64,000 bases of DNA from Macrostomum lignano (Eukaryota). The position numbers and the translations under genes are program-made. The stretch covers positions 261,933 to 325,932 of the forward strand of contig NIVC01001167.1 of assembly GCA_002269645.1 (NCBI GenBank), given 5' to 3'. This document shows positions 11,330 through 24,310 of this stretch, piece after piece. Positions within the stretch are counted from its first letter, which is position 1. Every line of letters starts with the position of its first letter. The notes below the pieces were generated by a model that worked only from the letters and a program-made list of their open reading frames with translations, searched no databases and was not told the origin of the DNA.

Positions 11330-14223
11330 GCAAGATCAAACATCAGGTTCTCGGCTGCTCGCAGAACATCTTCCAGCAGCTGCCGGATTCACTGTTGTTG
11401 CAAAGAGCGATATGAAAGGACCGCCTTTAAAAGACGAAGGAGTCGTCAAGCTCGACTCAGATCCGAACAAGTGCATAGAAGGTTTCTTTGCGAAATTGAC
11501 AAAGCCGCCCGTGAAATCTACAATTGGAACAGAAGATACAGCTACCAAAAGGTTCATTTGAGTCATGATGATCGCCATGCATTCGAGATTGCTACAGAGT
11601 GCCACTACTGCAAGCAGAGCTTCTGAAACTCAATAGACAAGCATCTAGACCATGATCATCTTACTGGACTCTTTAAAGGTGCTTCCTGTGCCCGATGCAA
11701 CATTTCGGCTCAGCTACGGAGGCGCTTTCTACCAGTGTTTTTGCACAATTTAAAAAATTACGACGCACTTAGTTTTTTCTACCGCTCTTGATCGAATACA
11801 GGACTGGAGCATCAATGTCGTGCCACAAACATCTGAGAGGTATCTTACGATGCGAGCTGGGTTTCCAGTCGCTGAGATTGTTACGCAGAGTGGCAAGAAA
11901 AAGGTACTGAATTTCACCATCCAGTTTGTTGATACGTACCAGTTTATACGTACCATTAGAGGAATTACCTTTGTTAACTATCATTGCGCACGTTTGAGCG
12001 AAGCTACTTCCTCCAACGAAACTTTTGCAGCAGCAGATTCGAATGTTCCGACCACTGAATCTCTTGTTCCAATTGACATCAACAATTTGTACGTACATGC
12101 GCTATCAATGAGACTTCCAGTGGACTCATTTGAATGGGTGTCTAATGAAGAGCTCGAGCGATGGAATGAAATGACAATTCTTCAGTCGAGAGATGACGAC
12201 GAATTCGCTTATCTATTGGAGCTGGATCTCGAATATCCAGAAATAATTCACGATGAAACCAAAGAGCTGCCTTGCACCAGAAAAGTCCACTCCAGAATTC
12301 GAAGACTTTCCAGACTTTATGAAAGAACTGTGGTTCACGTTGCATGCTCATCAAACGTATTGTAGTGACTGGCTGCTAACTGGCTATTCAGCAGCATTCA
12401 TTAGCTTTCCCTAAGAGTGCTGTGATCCGCTGCACAGTTGCTCAGTCCACCTCATCAAGTGAGAGAGTTACCCTGTGCTGGGCCTAAGTGTTTACTGTCC
12501 GATGACTCATCGCCTGAGCAGGCGTGGGCAGCCACACTCAATGTCTTCCCACTCGCGCTGAGGAGGCGTAGCAGGATGACTCATCACCTGCGCGGAGTGT
12601 AATGGCTGCCTAGAGGGAGTAAACAGGATGACTTGCCTCATCCGCCCAAGTTCTATTTTTAGCACAGAATAAGCGCGTGACTGTGCACACACACACTGTA
12701 CGTGGCCACTGACCTTGAGTCACGCCACTGCTGCATGACAGGGTTGCCTTATTTGGAAGTTGGCCTTGGATCACGCGTCGCTCGCATGATTCTGAGGACC
12801 AAATAAGGAAGTTTCACGCGCTCACCACATGAAACTCACGTGACTTTTGGGGGTCCGCTCGGCTATAAATACGGAGCATCTGGGAGCTTTTTTCTCCAGA
12901 TCGCGTCGCAGCGCATCCTGCGTCGTCTCGCGAAGCTTCATGGCTAACTCTTGAAGCCTCCTCCGAGCTCTTCTCTCTCATTTAAGGTTTTTCAGGTTCG
13001 AGCAGCATCTACTAGGAACGATCGACTGTCGAGACATTTTTCAGATTTGCCTTTGCTCCGAGCGACTTCGTTATTTTATTTCAGGTGACGGATAGACAAC
13101 TCTGCCGACGCGTCGAGTCCGCACACCAAGGTGGCAGCAACCCTACCAAGTCTAAGGCTAACGTTTTAGGTTCTTTTTCAGGCAAATCGATAGGTAGTAC
13201 AACGGTACTATCTAGCTACTTCCGGAGCAGCGGGTTCTATTTCTTCTATTTCTATTTCTATTTCTTGAACATCTTTAAGAACTAGGGAAGCAGTATCACA
13301 GTATCATGGTACTAAGAAACTATTGCTTACGTGCTATGATAAGCTGAACTACGTTGCTCACAGTAGAATTGTAAAATTCCATCTGCATCATGGAATGAAG
13401 ATCAAGAAGATCGATTTAGGCAAGCGCCAGTTTTTCAGCCGTACATCGAGGGCAACAGCAAGAAGCGAGCATTGGCAGCTAGCGAGTTTGAAAAGGACTA
13501 TTACAAGTTGAAAAATAACGCTCTTTTCGGCAATACGATGGAAATGTCAGAAAGCGGCAAGTAGTTAGAGTCTCACATCAGCCCGAGCGCCAAATTTGAA
13601 ATCCTTCTCTATCATTACAAATAATCTAGTCGTCTTTCAGTTTTCAAAGACAACTGTGACGCTTGACCGTCCAATATTCATTGGCCAGTGTGTCTTAGAT
13701 GAGTCTAAATTAAGCATGTACTCACTTTTCAACGACCGATTAAAACCCCTGTTTCGCGATCCATCCGTTGGCCAAACCATTAACTTACGTGGAGGAGACA
13801 GACTCTTTCTGAGTTTTAAGTACCTTGATCTTTACGGTTACGTCTTGCCTTAGCTAATCGAACAACAACTGCACGACACATCCAACTAACCAGCTGAACA
13901 TCCGCTAAAAGTCGGATGACCTGCAGGCTCGATTGGGTTGCGTGAAGAATGAATCCGCTGGTTGCCAGCACGAGGAATGGATTCTTCTTCGACCGAAACT
14001 ATACTCTATGAAAGCCAACCACAACGCTAAAAAGACGGCTAAAGGGATACAAAGATGTGTGCTACAAGCAGAAATTTCGCACGATGATTATCGACAGGCC
14101 TATGAGCAGCTGAAACAGATGGATGTTCAAGTTAGGGGAATCGGCAGTCGTCGACACAGGCTCTTCACTATGGAACAAACCAAACGCGCTCTACTGATTT
14201 GGAAGACAAGAGAGCTTGGCTAG
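11330..14223 (+). pseudogene. Decayed protein-primed family B DNA polymerase (Maverick/Polinton/adintovirus type) with endonuclease-VII-like module
   Basis: Across frames: CHYC..DHDHLTG..GASCARCN, FLHNLKNYDAH, QFVDTYQF, IDINNLY..LP (motif A), ELDLEYP, EFEKDYYKLKNNALFG (motif B), RPIFIGQCVLDESK, LRPKLYS..KTAKGI. Many stops, frameshifts, a deletion and a 947-bp insertion. Confidence 0.9.
12330..13276 (+). mobile_element. Unclassified ~947-bp insertion inside pPolB
   Basis: Flanked by AAGAACT (12323-12329, 13277-13283). Removing it restores FMKEL-GKQYH..GTKKLLLTCYDK. Contains TATAAATA (~12864) and ends in a (TTTCTA)n-like tail. Confidence 0.6.
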
Positions 14224-15299
14224 GACCAAATCAGAGCCTACCGTTTGGTCACTATGCTTTGTTGAAATCGAACAGCTCGAAGCGTCCACGTCAGGCTCCT
14301 ACACTAGCGAGCGACGTTAAGAGAATCCGCCAGGAGTTTTAACTGACTAATTACCTAAATACTTGCTGATTCTTTCACATTTATTATGACATTTGTCAGT
14401 TTATTGAAAATGAACTAAATTTTCTTTGTAAAGAAAAATCAAAACTATAAGTACCTTGATCAAGCTACGTTCTAAATATTTTTACAATGCTTATTTCAGA
14501 GTTCGCATACTTATTTTCAATCGGGCAATAAATTAGCCTTTCAATGCCTCAACCATTTTTAATGTTTTGACTGTCAGTGTTGCTTCACTTTTCCTGGCTT
14601 TGAAAAGCTCCTCAAGTCGCTTAACTACATGTAGCCTACTGTTAGATATCTTAGGCTCTCTAAACTAATCCAAAAGTGTATGCGCTTTTTTCAATTTGCT
14701 TAATTTGATAAGAATGTGGCCATTATGGCTATTCACCTTTTGCAGTATCTAGTTGAGTAGCTACACTGTCGCAGTTCTTGAATTACGTGTTTTTGTTTAT
14801 TTTATAAATCTTGCTTTGCATTTTACCCTACTGTGCTGCCCTTTATAAATTATCGGACTAACTTTTCATGTACCTTACTTTCCGATATTCATTTTATTTT
14901 GACCATGTTTATATTGCTTCTTAAATGTACTTTCATTTCTATGTAGTTTTTGTTTTACATAATGGTCTTACTATCTTAAAGCGTGTAATTTAAAAAAATA
15001 AACCGTGAAACGAATTTCAGTCCTGGATTTGCTCAACCATTCTCAAATCACTTAATTTGCAGAAAACCTTCGAGTTTATTTATTCATGGACAAACTGAGA
15101 CAGCAAGCATTGCAAAAAATTGAATCAGATCGTAGCATACGCATAGATTTTGCGCCACAGAGAATGTAAGACCCAGTGTGAAAAAGTAAGCACTTGTAGT
15201 ACTGAATTTTGCAGGAAAGTGCAGAAAAAGTTTCTGGTTTGTACTGACCCTTTTGTACCATCATAGCTAAAGCAGAAAGAGGCAGCACATTGTTAATTT

Positions 15300-15689
15300 C
15301 AAGTCTTCCATGAGCAGTAATAGTTTTAATTCGAACACAAAGTTAGCACTTTGAACTCTGTTTATATTGCCTCGGAGCCAAAAGCCATTTGTTTTAATCT
15401 CTCGAAACAAATTATAAACCAGAGATTAAATTTTAGGTTTCCAGCCGAGGGAGTTAAACAACTCAATGCAATTTCCTTGCCCAACATAGCATACCACCCA
15501 GTGACCAAATGAGCCATTCTGCTGAAGTAGGACAAAAACAAACTTGTTTTCAAGGTAAATTGATGATCGAAGTTTTCTTTTTACATTCAAGGGCAGAGAA
15601 TTTTTATAGCGCAAATGTAAAGTAACTATGAGAAATTTTTGGCAACACAAAAAATTTCTGACGAGATTAAATAGCTGAACTGCGTCCAT
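15300..15689 (-). pseudogene. Adenain-like cysteine protease of the Maverick/adintovirus remnant (frameshifted)
   Basis: GSFGHWVVCYVG..IELFNSLG matches the GHW..FDSLG pattern; lies next to the capsid gene. Confidence 0.65.
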
Positions 15690-15694
15690 GCCAG

Positions 15695-16200
15695 TTAAGA
15701 GGAATAGTCTAGCAAAAGCTCTCGGTGCTTGGTGACCTCAATCAGCGATTCATACAGGCACATAACAATCAGGGACACCGCTTCATTCAGAGCCTGTTGG
15801 AAGCGAATCTCCAACGCAGGTTGCCCTCCTTCTGTCCGTACCACAGAGCCGCTCCCTCGGGTGTGAGATCGAATGCAAACACCGTGTTGTTGTTGGAGGG
15901 GATAGGGGATCCACGGAACCGAATTCGTGTGGCTTGCAGATTGACAGCTTTTTAGGTAGTGTAAGTAGTATTCTCTTACAAAGGATTTGTTTTCAGGTGT
16001 GAAGGCGCCGTGGCACACTGTTTCCTCACCTTTCTTTAGAGCCAACCGGCTGAGGTTGAAGCTCTGGAACTGGAACGGGCTCGAGTGATGATGACCATTG
16101 AATGCTCGGTGGCTCACGAAGGCCAGCATGATGAACTTCGGCAATTTTTTAATGAAAGAATCCTTCAATGTTTTTAGACTGGATACCCTGGGGTCGATCA
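15695..16200 (-). pseudogene. C-terminal part of Maverick/adintovirus major capsid protein (double jelly roll)
   Basis: LPKFIMLAFVSHRAFNG..SPFQFQSFNL...REY...LEIRFQQALNEAVSLIVM..ESLIEVTKHRELLLDY is the typical C-terminal pattern; the N-terminal part is missing. Confidence 0.8.
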
Positions 16201-17787
16201 GTGAGTGTGGCTGTGAATGAGGCAGTGAATGAGGCTGTGATAGTGAGTGAGGCATATTGTACCTAATCTATGTTTCATGCTGGTTAATGCGCATGTTTTA
16301 TTTTGAATCAAAGTAATTTGGTGTCAAAATGAGTCACTACTGAAGTGAGGCAGTCCACCCCTTTGAGTCTAAAAGCATAGTGGATTTGACACGTACTATG
16401 AACGTGAAATATTTTGACCACCCCATTTCGAACCAATGAAAATTAGAGTGAACTTGTTGATGTCGGACATAAAGTCGAACATGATGTCGAATATAAAATG
16501 GGACTTCAGTTGGCCTTTCAAAGAACCAGATTTCTAATTGTCAATTAATTTCATTTTTTCAATAAATTAATCCAAATGTCCAAACAATTGGAGTTCATAA
16601 AACAGCTGATAAGCCGCAAAGGCAAATTCTATGACGTCGCTAAGCGGCAAAAGTCGTTTGAGAAAGAGCTCGCCGCGTCTGATCGATTCCAGTTAATGGT
16701 AAGTGAAGGTGAAGAGCAATATTTTTACCAATAACTGCCCTGTCTCTACCATTCTGCCCTGTCTCTACCATTCTGCCCTGTCTCCACTATTCTGCCCTGT
16801 CTGTACCAATTTCTACCAACAACTGCAATTTTTCTACTCAGACCGATACGTCACAACCCGACTCAGCTGAGCAGCCGCCCGGTCCAGCTGAGCAGCCCAA
16901 GTCGCGTGCCGGGCAGGAGTACATTTGCCCATTCGGTGACTGCCTGCCAATAAAAGAGTCCCGTTTTAGTGACCACATAAAAAGGGCGCATCTGAATCTG
17001 CTCGAAGAGACAAAACAAAATCTGGCAAAGGATGGGGTTCCTGCATTTCTTCTACACAAAAGAGCCCTCCAGATTCTGCGTGCTTCTGGGAAGCTCAACA
17101 CGCATCAGCTGACTGCCGGCCCAATGGCAGAGAAGGCGGTACAGTGCGACATCTAAGGCGAGTGGCGCAACGACAGAAATTTGCTGGCGAGCCATACACA
17201 CAACAGCCACCCAGACGCAGCAAGAGCTGCAAAGGAGCAGAAGCTGGCTGAGGCCAGAAGCAGAGTGCCGGCTAGACCAGCCGTGGCCGAGCACCCGTCG
17301 ACAGACGACGTTGAGGCACTCTGTGCGTTCTTGGCCAGCTCTCTCGGTGGGCGCAAGAAGCCGGCAACGGTACTCGAAATTCGGTGCTACCTGAAGTGGC
17401 TGATGCGTTCACTTGACATAGAGTCATTCAAATCACTGGTCATCGAAGACCAGCGCGACCGAATCAGCGCATATTTGGACAACCAGACCTATCCGATCCT
17501 CAAGCAGAGCGTCTTAGAACTCGAAAAAGTCGGCAACTTTCTGGTCACCCGACGCTATCAGCAAGTGATTGATGATGGGCTGCTGCAGCACCTAAAATCG
17601 TACAGGCAGTCGACAAAAAATTGGACTGCTAGTTCCATGGGTCCCAAGGCGAAATATTACGCGGACCTGATGGACCGGAAAGAAGAAGAGCTCCTGACCG
17701 GCGACCAAATTAAGGCCGTCTTCGAAATGAAGACCACCGTACTGGAGGAGGCTAGGTGCACAAAAGACCGGTGCGTTCTTATAATCT

Positions 17788-17915
17788 TTGAAATGGCACT
17801 CAGTTTTGAAAATGGCACTTAGTTTTGAAAATGGCACTTAGTTTTGAAAATGGCGCTTAGTTTTGAAAATGGCACTTAGATTTTGAAGTGGCACCTAATC
17901 TTTGAAATGGCACTT
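17788..17915 (+). repeat. Intronic ~20-bp tandem repeat (TTTTGAAAATGGCACTTAG) x ~6
   Basis: Visible tandem units; a 19-bp tandem (CTGCCCTGTCTCTACCATT x4) also lies in intron 1 at ~16736-16810. Confidence 0.9.
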
Positions 17916-18859
17916 AATCATGGGATTAAAAAATCTTGGCCTCAACATTGACACAGGACGGTGACATTCCTGGCCATCAGGATGTGCATTTGTTTCGGCG
18001 ATGGAAACGCAAAACCGGCAGGGCGTGGCCTCCGCCTGCAAAATTTCGGACGCACGCCGGTGGCTGAAGTCGCCGAATGAGCTTTTTGAAGTTATAGAGC
18101 ACAAGTCAAATGAGGGCCACGGCTCAGCGTGGGCAAGTGTAACACCGTGCGCAGATTTGGTGATGCAGGTCCTGGTGCAACGATTTGCGAAGAGCCGAGC
18201 GACGACGCTCAGGCGTTTGTATTTCGGTACGGCTCATTGGACCGCCTATTTTACCAGGATAGAAAAAGGTACTCACCGCTGCTGAACAATGTCACTATTT
18301 CTAAATTCCGCGAGTGGCTGGAAGTGATGGGCCTGGAAAACGCCACGGCGGAAGAACAGCGCTTGATGGCAGATCACCAGAACCACACCGAAGGAGTGCA
18401 GCGCCGCTTTTACCATGTGAGAATTAATCAATTTGTCTTTAAAATCGCTTCACGAGCTAGGAATTTCTCAAGCTCTTTGAAAGGCTTCACTATATAGTAT
18501 TTTGTGAAGTTTAGTGTTTATGAAACAAAAAGCTCCGAATAAGAATGTATTTTAAAAATTAAGTTTGCTTTTATTATTATTAACATTTTCATCCCACCAC
18601 GCAATCTAATCAGACCCAGACTAAGAAAAGAAGAGAGAATGGCCGCCAGCTCACAAAGCGACTGGTCACAGAGGGCGCCGGCGTGCGTGAAGAGGACGTC
18701 AACGCCAAGGCTCCGCTGCTCGGCAATGACCTGCAATCGGCTGCTGGCAGCTTAGCGAGCAGAATTACCAGCGCCGCCAGTGAGTGCATTATTGTTAAAT
18801 AAGCTTTGTGAATTGAGATTTTCGTGAATTTTGACCTCAGTGAACTTTGTCAATTTGGC

Positions 18860-19095
18860 CAAGTGAATCAGGACCTCAGGACCCTAGGTTACTATGAGTT
18901 GCTCAGAACTGAGGACGGTGTACGCAAGGTAGACTTATCTATGGGGCAGACTGATCCAAAGGTAGTCTTGCCCAAGTCTCTGGATAGTGAAGTATTTCAC
19001 CAAATCCATGATTCACCGTTAGCGGGACACCTAGGTCGAGATAAAACTTCCCAGAAAATTAAAACTCGATTCTGGAGGCCAGGATTAGCAACAGC
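18860..19095 (+). mobile_element. Gypsy pol fragment (integrase H2C2 zinc-binding region)
   Basis: VVLPKSLDSEVFHQIHDSPLAGHLGRDKTSQKIKTRFWRPGL. Confidence 0.8.
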
Positions 19096-19565
19096 AGTTA
19101 TATCGATATATCTGACTCCAGCGATGAGCCGAACGATACGCAGGCTATAATCACTGTACTTCGCTCAAACCAGCGTCTGTTGCTGCTAAAGCCGGGCAAA
19201 TTAGTTCTAGCTAAGTCAAAGGGTCACCAATACTGGCCAGCAGAAGTGACGAAGCGCCCAAGGTCAGGAACATATTTTAAAAAACATCATAATATGTCAT
19301 GCGACTCGATTCACGTGCTCGAGCCTCGCACCCGTGACTGGGTTAACGACTTCAAGCCATTTTTTCCGATTTCGAGCAGCGAAATGCCCGATGACCTTAA
19401 AAAAGCCTTCGACCTGGTCAAGTTAAGAATGAGCAAATAAGTTTTCAAAGTCCTTACTTGCATGTACGGGGCCACTAGCAAAAAAGAGAAAAAATAGTTT
19501 ATATAAATGTGAAGTGCACTTTCTAGTCTGAACAGGACCAAAGCTCACACAGCTATCTTTTACAT

Positions 19566-19702
19566 GCAGTTTAGTGAATGGGTTCTGTCACAATTTGCAT
19601 GGCAGTTTAGTGAATGGGTTCTGTCACAATTTGCATGGCAGTTTAGTGAATGGGTTCTGTCACAATTTGCATGGCAGTTTAGTGAATGGGTTCTGTCACA
19701 GT
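19566..19702 (+). repeat. 36-bp tandem repeat x ~4
   Basis: GCAGTTTAGTGAATGGGTTCTGTCACAATTTGCATG units. Confidence 0.95.
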
Positions 19703-20503
19703 TTTGTTAATTACTTGATATAACGTGAAGTGCACTTTTCAAGTTAAAGTCTGAACAGGTTCATTGTCTCCATCTTTTTGAAACCGCATTTTGTTAGATT
19801 TGATATTAACGTGAAAAGAACTTCAGTTAAAGTCTGAACAGGTTCATTATCTCCATCTTTTAAACTGTTAAAACTACATAGTTAATTGTTTCTAATGAAA
19901 TAAATATTTAAAAATTTACAAGGACAATTTTCGTTGCTTTCAAGGCATTGAATTTTTTTCTTCAGAATTTGAGTTTTAAATTTTTCATTTGGATTGGATA
20001 AAACATAAAATCATGCTTAAAGTTATCTAACGTATATGACTTTAATGTTTCACACCTACAAAGACTCTATAGCTAGTTAGCTATTGTGACAAGGTTAAGA
20101 TATTTACATGTAGGAGTATAATAGGAAGATAAGAAATATAGGATTTCGATCGATTGATGACAAATATTTATTTGACACAATTCTCACAGCTCAGGCATTT
20201 TAGTGAACAAACAAGTTCTGTTCTGTCACACTTTGCAATGCAGGGGCTAAATCATCTAAATCAACTAGTAGGCAGCACTGAATCCAGACTATCAATCCAT
20301 GTATATTTTAAATAACTGAATATGGTTTTGCTCACTTGCTCATGCAGGATATAATACCCCGCTTTGTGAGAAAAAGCAATTTTTTCGACTTTTTTAAAGT
20401 TCAAAACAGTTTTTTATTGTCAGAGAACAATTTTTTAATCGATTCGAACTCTTTTGTACAGAAGTAGTACTACAGATAACACAGCTAGCAGATAAGAGAT
20501 GTT

Positions 20504-21205
20504 TGTGACGTTGTCAGTTTCAGTAGCCCCGCCAAGGGCCGTTTGGACATACGGTACCAATATTTTAATATTACTAGTTCCGTATTCTCACGTTTACTGT
20601 AAGTAGTGCCCTAGGAATCTAATCAGCTGCGTACAATTGTAACCCCGCGTTCAGCGCGCGATCAATAATTTCTGTTCTTGTTTTTCTCAGTCAGCCAATA
20701 GAAATACGCCGCATTAATTATACTAATTTCTCTCGCGCGCCACCCCCCAGCCCGGTCCTTATCAGTTCTGTCTGGCCGTGCGCTCGGGCCCCACTCTCCT
20801 TTCGTCCCTTTGCCTCTCGCCTCTTTGCCTTAGCTCCGTCGCCACCCCGTCTGGGGCCTTCGCCTGTTTAGACTTCGTTAGCCTCTCGCACCCTTGCGAG
20901 CCCGTGTAGCTTGTAGGCTCTGACTGCCTTTGCTTGATCATTTGCCTTCTCTCCGCCACGATTTTAGCCACGCCATTGCCACTCCCAGTCACGCCACTAC
21001 TACTACTAAAACTATTTGCTCTATTGTTGCGTGGTCGCTAGCGCATTGTTAATCAAAGTACAAGACGTAATAATAAACTAAATCTGCAGCCAACGTTCGC
21101 AATAACGCTGATCCAATTACTGCCAAGTGCTACCGCTACAATTCCGCTTTCACTACATTATTTGCCTTCGCTTGTTCTCGAGACCACCACGACAATATCG
21201 TCACA
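20504..21205 (+). mobile_element. Solo LTR (702 bp) with 5-bp TSD ATGTT
   Basis: TGTGACG...CGTCACA perfect 7-bp inverted termini; ATGTT at 20499-20503 and 21206-21210; internal TATA and AATAAA. Confidence 0.9.
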
Positions 21206-22086
21206 ATGTTGAAAGTCAGGCAATGCATTAATAAAATAGAAGTTTTGTTGTTGTCTAAGTGCTATCCAACTATTAAGCGCCCTTTTACGCTTCAAAATTC
21301 TCATTTTAATTTTTTTTGAAATTCTAGAAGCGATCAAATCTAGTTTGTCACATTTAGTTCCTGTTAGCTATATTTATATCTTCTTCGTACACTTGCATTT
21401 TGACTTAATACGTATTTTGTGCACTTTTTGTTAAGGAAAGGAATTAAAAATTGTTCAAATTATATACGAAAAAATCATATTAGCTTAACTATGTGCAACT
21501 ACGTGAGCCAAACGTGACTAACATAATTACCTAATAATAATGAGAGCTCATTTTCTTAATTGAGCATTCGATGTTTCGATGTTCTGTATGTTCTCATACA
21601 GTCATAAACCAAGAGTTAGAATAAGAGTTCATATAAAAGAAACACATTTTTAGCAATAAAATTGTGTGATCATGATCCCAAGAAGCTTAATATACTGTAA
21701 AATATTTTTAATTCAGCTATCAGAATGAGCTATAGCTACTGGCGAAGTACCATATCATGATTTGTCCTTCCTAAATAGTCTGAAGTAGGCCAAAAAGGAC
21801 GGAATTTTATAGCTGAATCTGTAATATTTCGCATTCTGTCATGCGAAATGCAGGGTAAACATATTCTGCAATAAAGTTTTTCCTATCTATTTTTTTCTGT
21901 CACATTGTCATATTTCAACATTTCTGTCACAATGTATACCCATGGATTAGTTTAGAGGCTAGACCAGCAAGAGAGCGTCATGCTCCAGATAGATTAACTG
22001 TCAGGCCAAATCAGAAAAGTTATTCACAGAGGATAGCGGCGTTGTTTAACCCATTTAACCTATTACAGCCTAAGAACTAATTAACA

Positions 22087-23090
22087 ATGGCCGACGCCCC
22101 ATTGCGAGTATATGCTAAGAAGAAAATCTACGGCCAAAAGAGAAGGCATGAAGAGCAGGAAGACAACGAGCTCCCGCGAGTTAGGGCCGTACACATAGCA
22201 AACCAAGAAGAACAATGTAAGAAGCACAAGCTGAGAGAAGAAGATAGCGAGCCGAAGGGGAATTTAGTTATCAATGCAGATTTGGAGGAGTTAGAAAGGA
22301 AGACCGAAAGCGCTCTTCATGGAGGAGATCCGGCAGCAGGAAGGAGTAGATCCCATCGACGAACAGGACGAGACCAACCGACGTGCCGGCCAGAGTAGAG
22401 CCAGCCTGGGCCTGCACCAGACTCGCTCGTAAACTACGCAACACTACTCAGTGGACCAGGCGAGGAGCCAGCCCCTGAGAGGACCGAAAGCGAACGGCAG
22501 GACAGCCCCGGCACGCAGGTGCGAAATTTCCGCAGGTGCCGCCGCGCCCTTAAGCGATTTATTCTAACAACGGGACGAACGTGTTGTGTTGTGCACTTTT
22601 GCGGTGCCTGTGCACCTAGCCCCAGCGGGCTGAGTCACCCCTCAACTAGTTGTCAATTCAATTCAAGATGAGGACATGCCGAGTGAGGACGAGCAGTCGG
22701 ATGCGGACGCCTTCCGTGGAGACGACGAACCCGGGGATACCGACAGTAAGTCGGCCGTCAGCGACGGAAGTCGGCCGCCCGGCTGGGAGGCCGAGGAGCA
22801 GGGTTTTCGTCAGTCATTCGAGCGAAGCTATGCGCCAGACAGCGATTCAAGGCCGAGTTATCGGAGGCCTGCATTCAACTACTGGCCACTACCCCGCCGG
22901 AAGAAGCGGTAAGGTGCTTCGAGATCACCTGCTCTTACTGCTTGCAGTACGCGGAAGGAAAGGTGAGGGGTCCAATTTGCATGAAGGCGACTACCGAACA
23001 ACTCGAGTCCATTGCCAGCCAGATTGATCCAACTCACCGACTAATCCCGGTCAACGGGTTACTCTACCTATCTGCCCAGAACACTCTAAA
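22087..23090 (+). other. Possible multi-exon low-complexity acidic/basic coding remnant of unknown origin
   Basis: ATG ORF 22087-22398 and acidic ORF 22676-22912 with plausible donors (~22519, ~22910) and acceptors; no domain recognised. Confidence 0.25.
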
Positions 23091-24310
23091 CCTCCGGACG
23101 GCTAATTAAGACTGGGAAATCCAACTAGATAATTCTTCCGAAAGAACATTATTTACACGTGCTCGATGCTATCATTCTAAGAATAAATACCTTGCCAAAT
23201 ATTTACCGCTTTTTTGCACCGCATTTTTTCGTGTGTTGTTGTTGTTGTTAGCATACACTTGCCATTCTGGACATGCTTAGTTGTCATTATTACTCCATAT
23301 TAGTCATCAGAAATACTATTCATAATAATTTCAACTTGCTTATGTAAGATGCTCGACATTTAGTATATCCGGTAATTAATATTTTCTTCTCACTTACCTA
23401 TACGCATATTCTTAATAATTTCGCATGCTCACAACATTAAGTTTTATATCCAGTATATCGCTGGTAAGTGCATTAATATTTCCTTGTGTTTAACTAATTT
23501 CAAATACTTAAATAAATACAAATAATTAATGTACAAAAGAGGTTTTGCACATTTTGTAGTGAGGGGGAAATGTAGTAGAGCATTATTTTAGGAGTACAAC
23601 TAGGCACGAGTTAAATATGCTTTTACGCTACTAACAGTAGTTTCAGCTAGGGGAAATGATTAGAGCAGGGGTAAAAAGCTAACTTTGGGGTTTCTTTACA
23701 ACTAAAGAGCAGTTGGGCTCCTTAGAGCAGTTTTTGAGACCAGACTCGGCTCTAAACTCCAAATATTAACTGAACTAATTAAATTTTAAATTTTTCATTA
23801 ATTCAATAGGCTAAAATTTAAGTTTTGAATTTGCAGCAAACCCCTGCTCAGTTTTTCCAAATTATTATAAATTTTCCCTAGGCCACCAAAGCTTTCTTCT
23901 AAAGTAGCTGAGTGGTCCTAGTTAAATCTCTAAATAACCGAAATTAATACAGAAAAAAGCAAAAAAATCCAAAAAAATTAAATTGTAACTATAAAATAAA
24001 ATACTACATATTATAATCAATTTATTTACCTATAGTCTACTGTAACACATCTAAATTGTTTATTAAATTGTTGCCAGCAGCATCCTTGCCTCTTCTTTAA
24101 TTAAATTTGCTAAACTAGTCATTAGGCAATCCCTTTCTTTCTTCTTGGAGACCGTCTGCGCGCGCGCAAAATATCTACAAAGCAAAGAATATCCAATTGT
24201 GATAAGGTTACAGGACTCTGCTTGCTCACGATTCTGCATCCTAGTTCGAATCTTTGTGCAAAGAACTTATAGAATTTATTTTATAGCTAGCAATAATAAT
24301 AATAGCTGCA

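Larger units (their letters stand above)
16576..19440 (+). pseudogene. Spliced tyrosine recombinase with two N-terminal C2H2 fingers and a probable C-terminal PWWP domain (Crypton-like, not CryptonA)
   Basis: Exons 16576-16698, 16842-17770, 17957-18416, 18614-18779, ~19122-19440 with GT..AG introns. CPFGDC..HIKRAH finger; NRQGV (R), EHKS (K), SKFR, QNHTEGVQRRFY (H,Y); GKLVLAKSKGHQYWPAEV (PWWP). Stop at 17154 and 2 frameshifts. Phase of the last junction needs an extra micro-exon. Confidence 0.7.

Noticed and set aside
8148-11343. Antisense and alternative-frame ORFs over the GC-rich LINEs
   Set aside because: Shadow ORFs of RT/RNase H coding sequence
23560-23600. GAGGGGGAAA-TGTAGTAG as PPT plus LTR start
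   Set aside because: No upstream pol and no matching LTR end found
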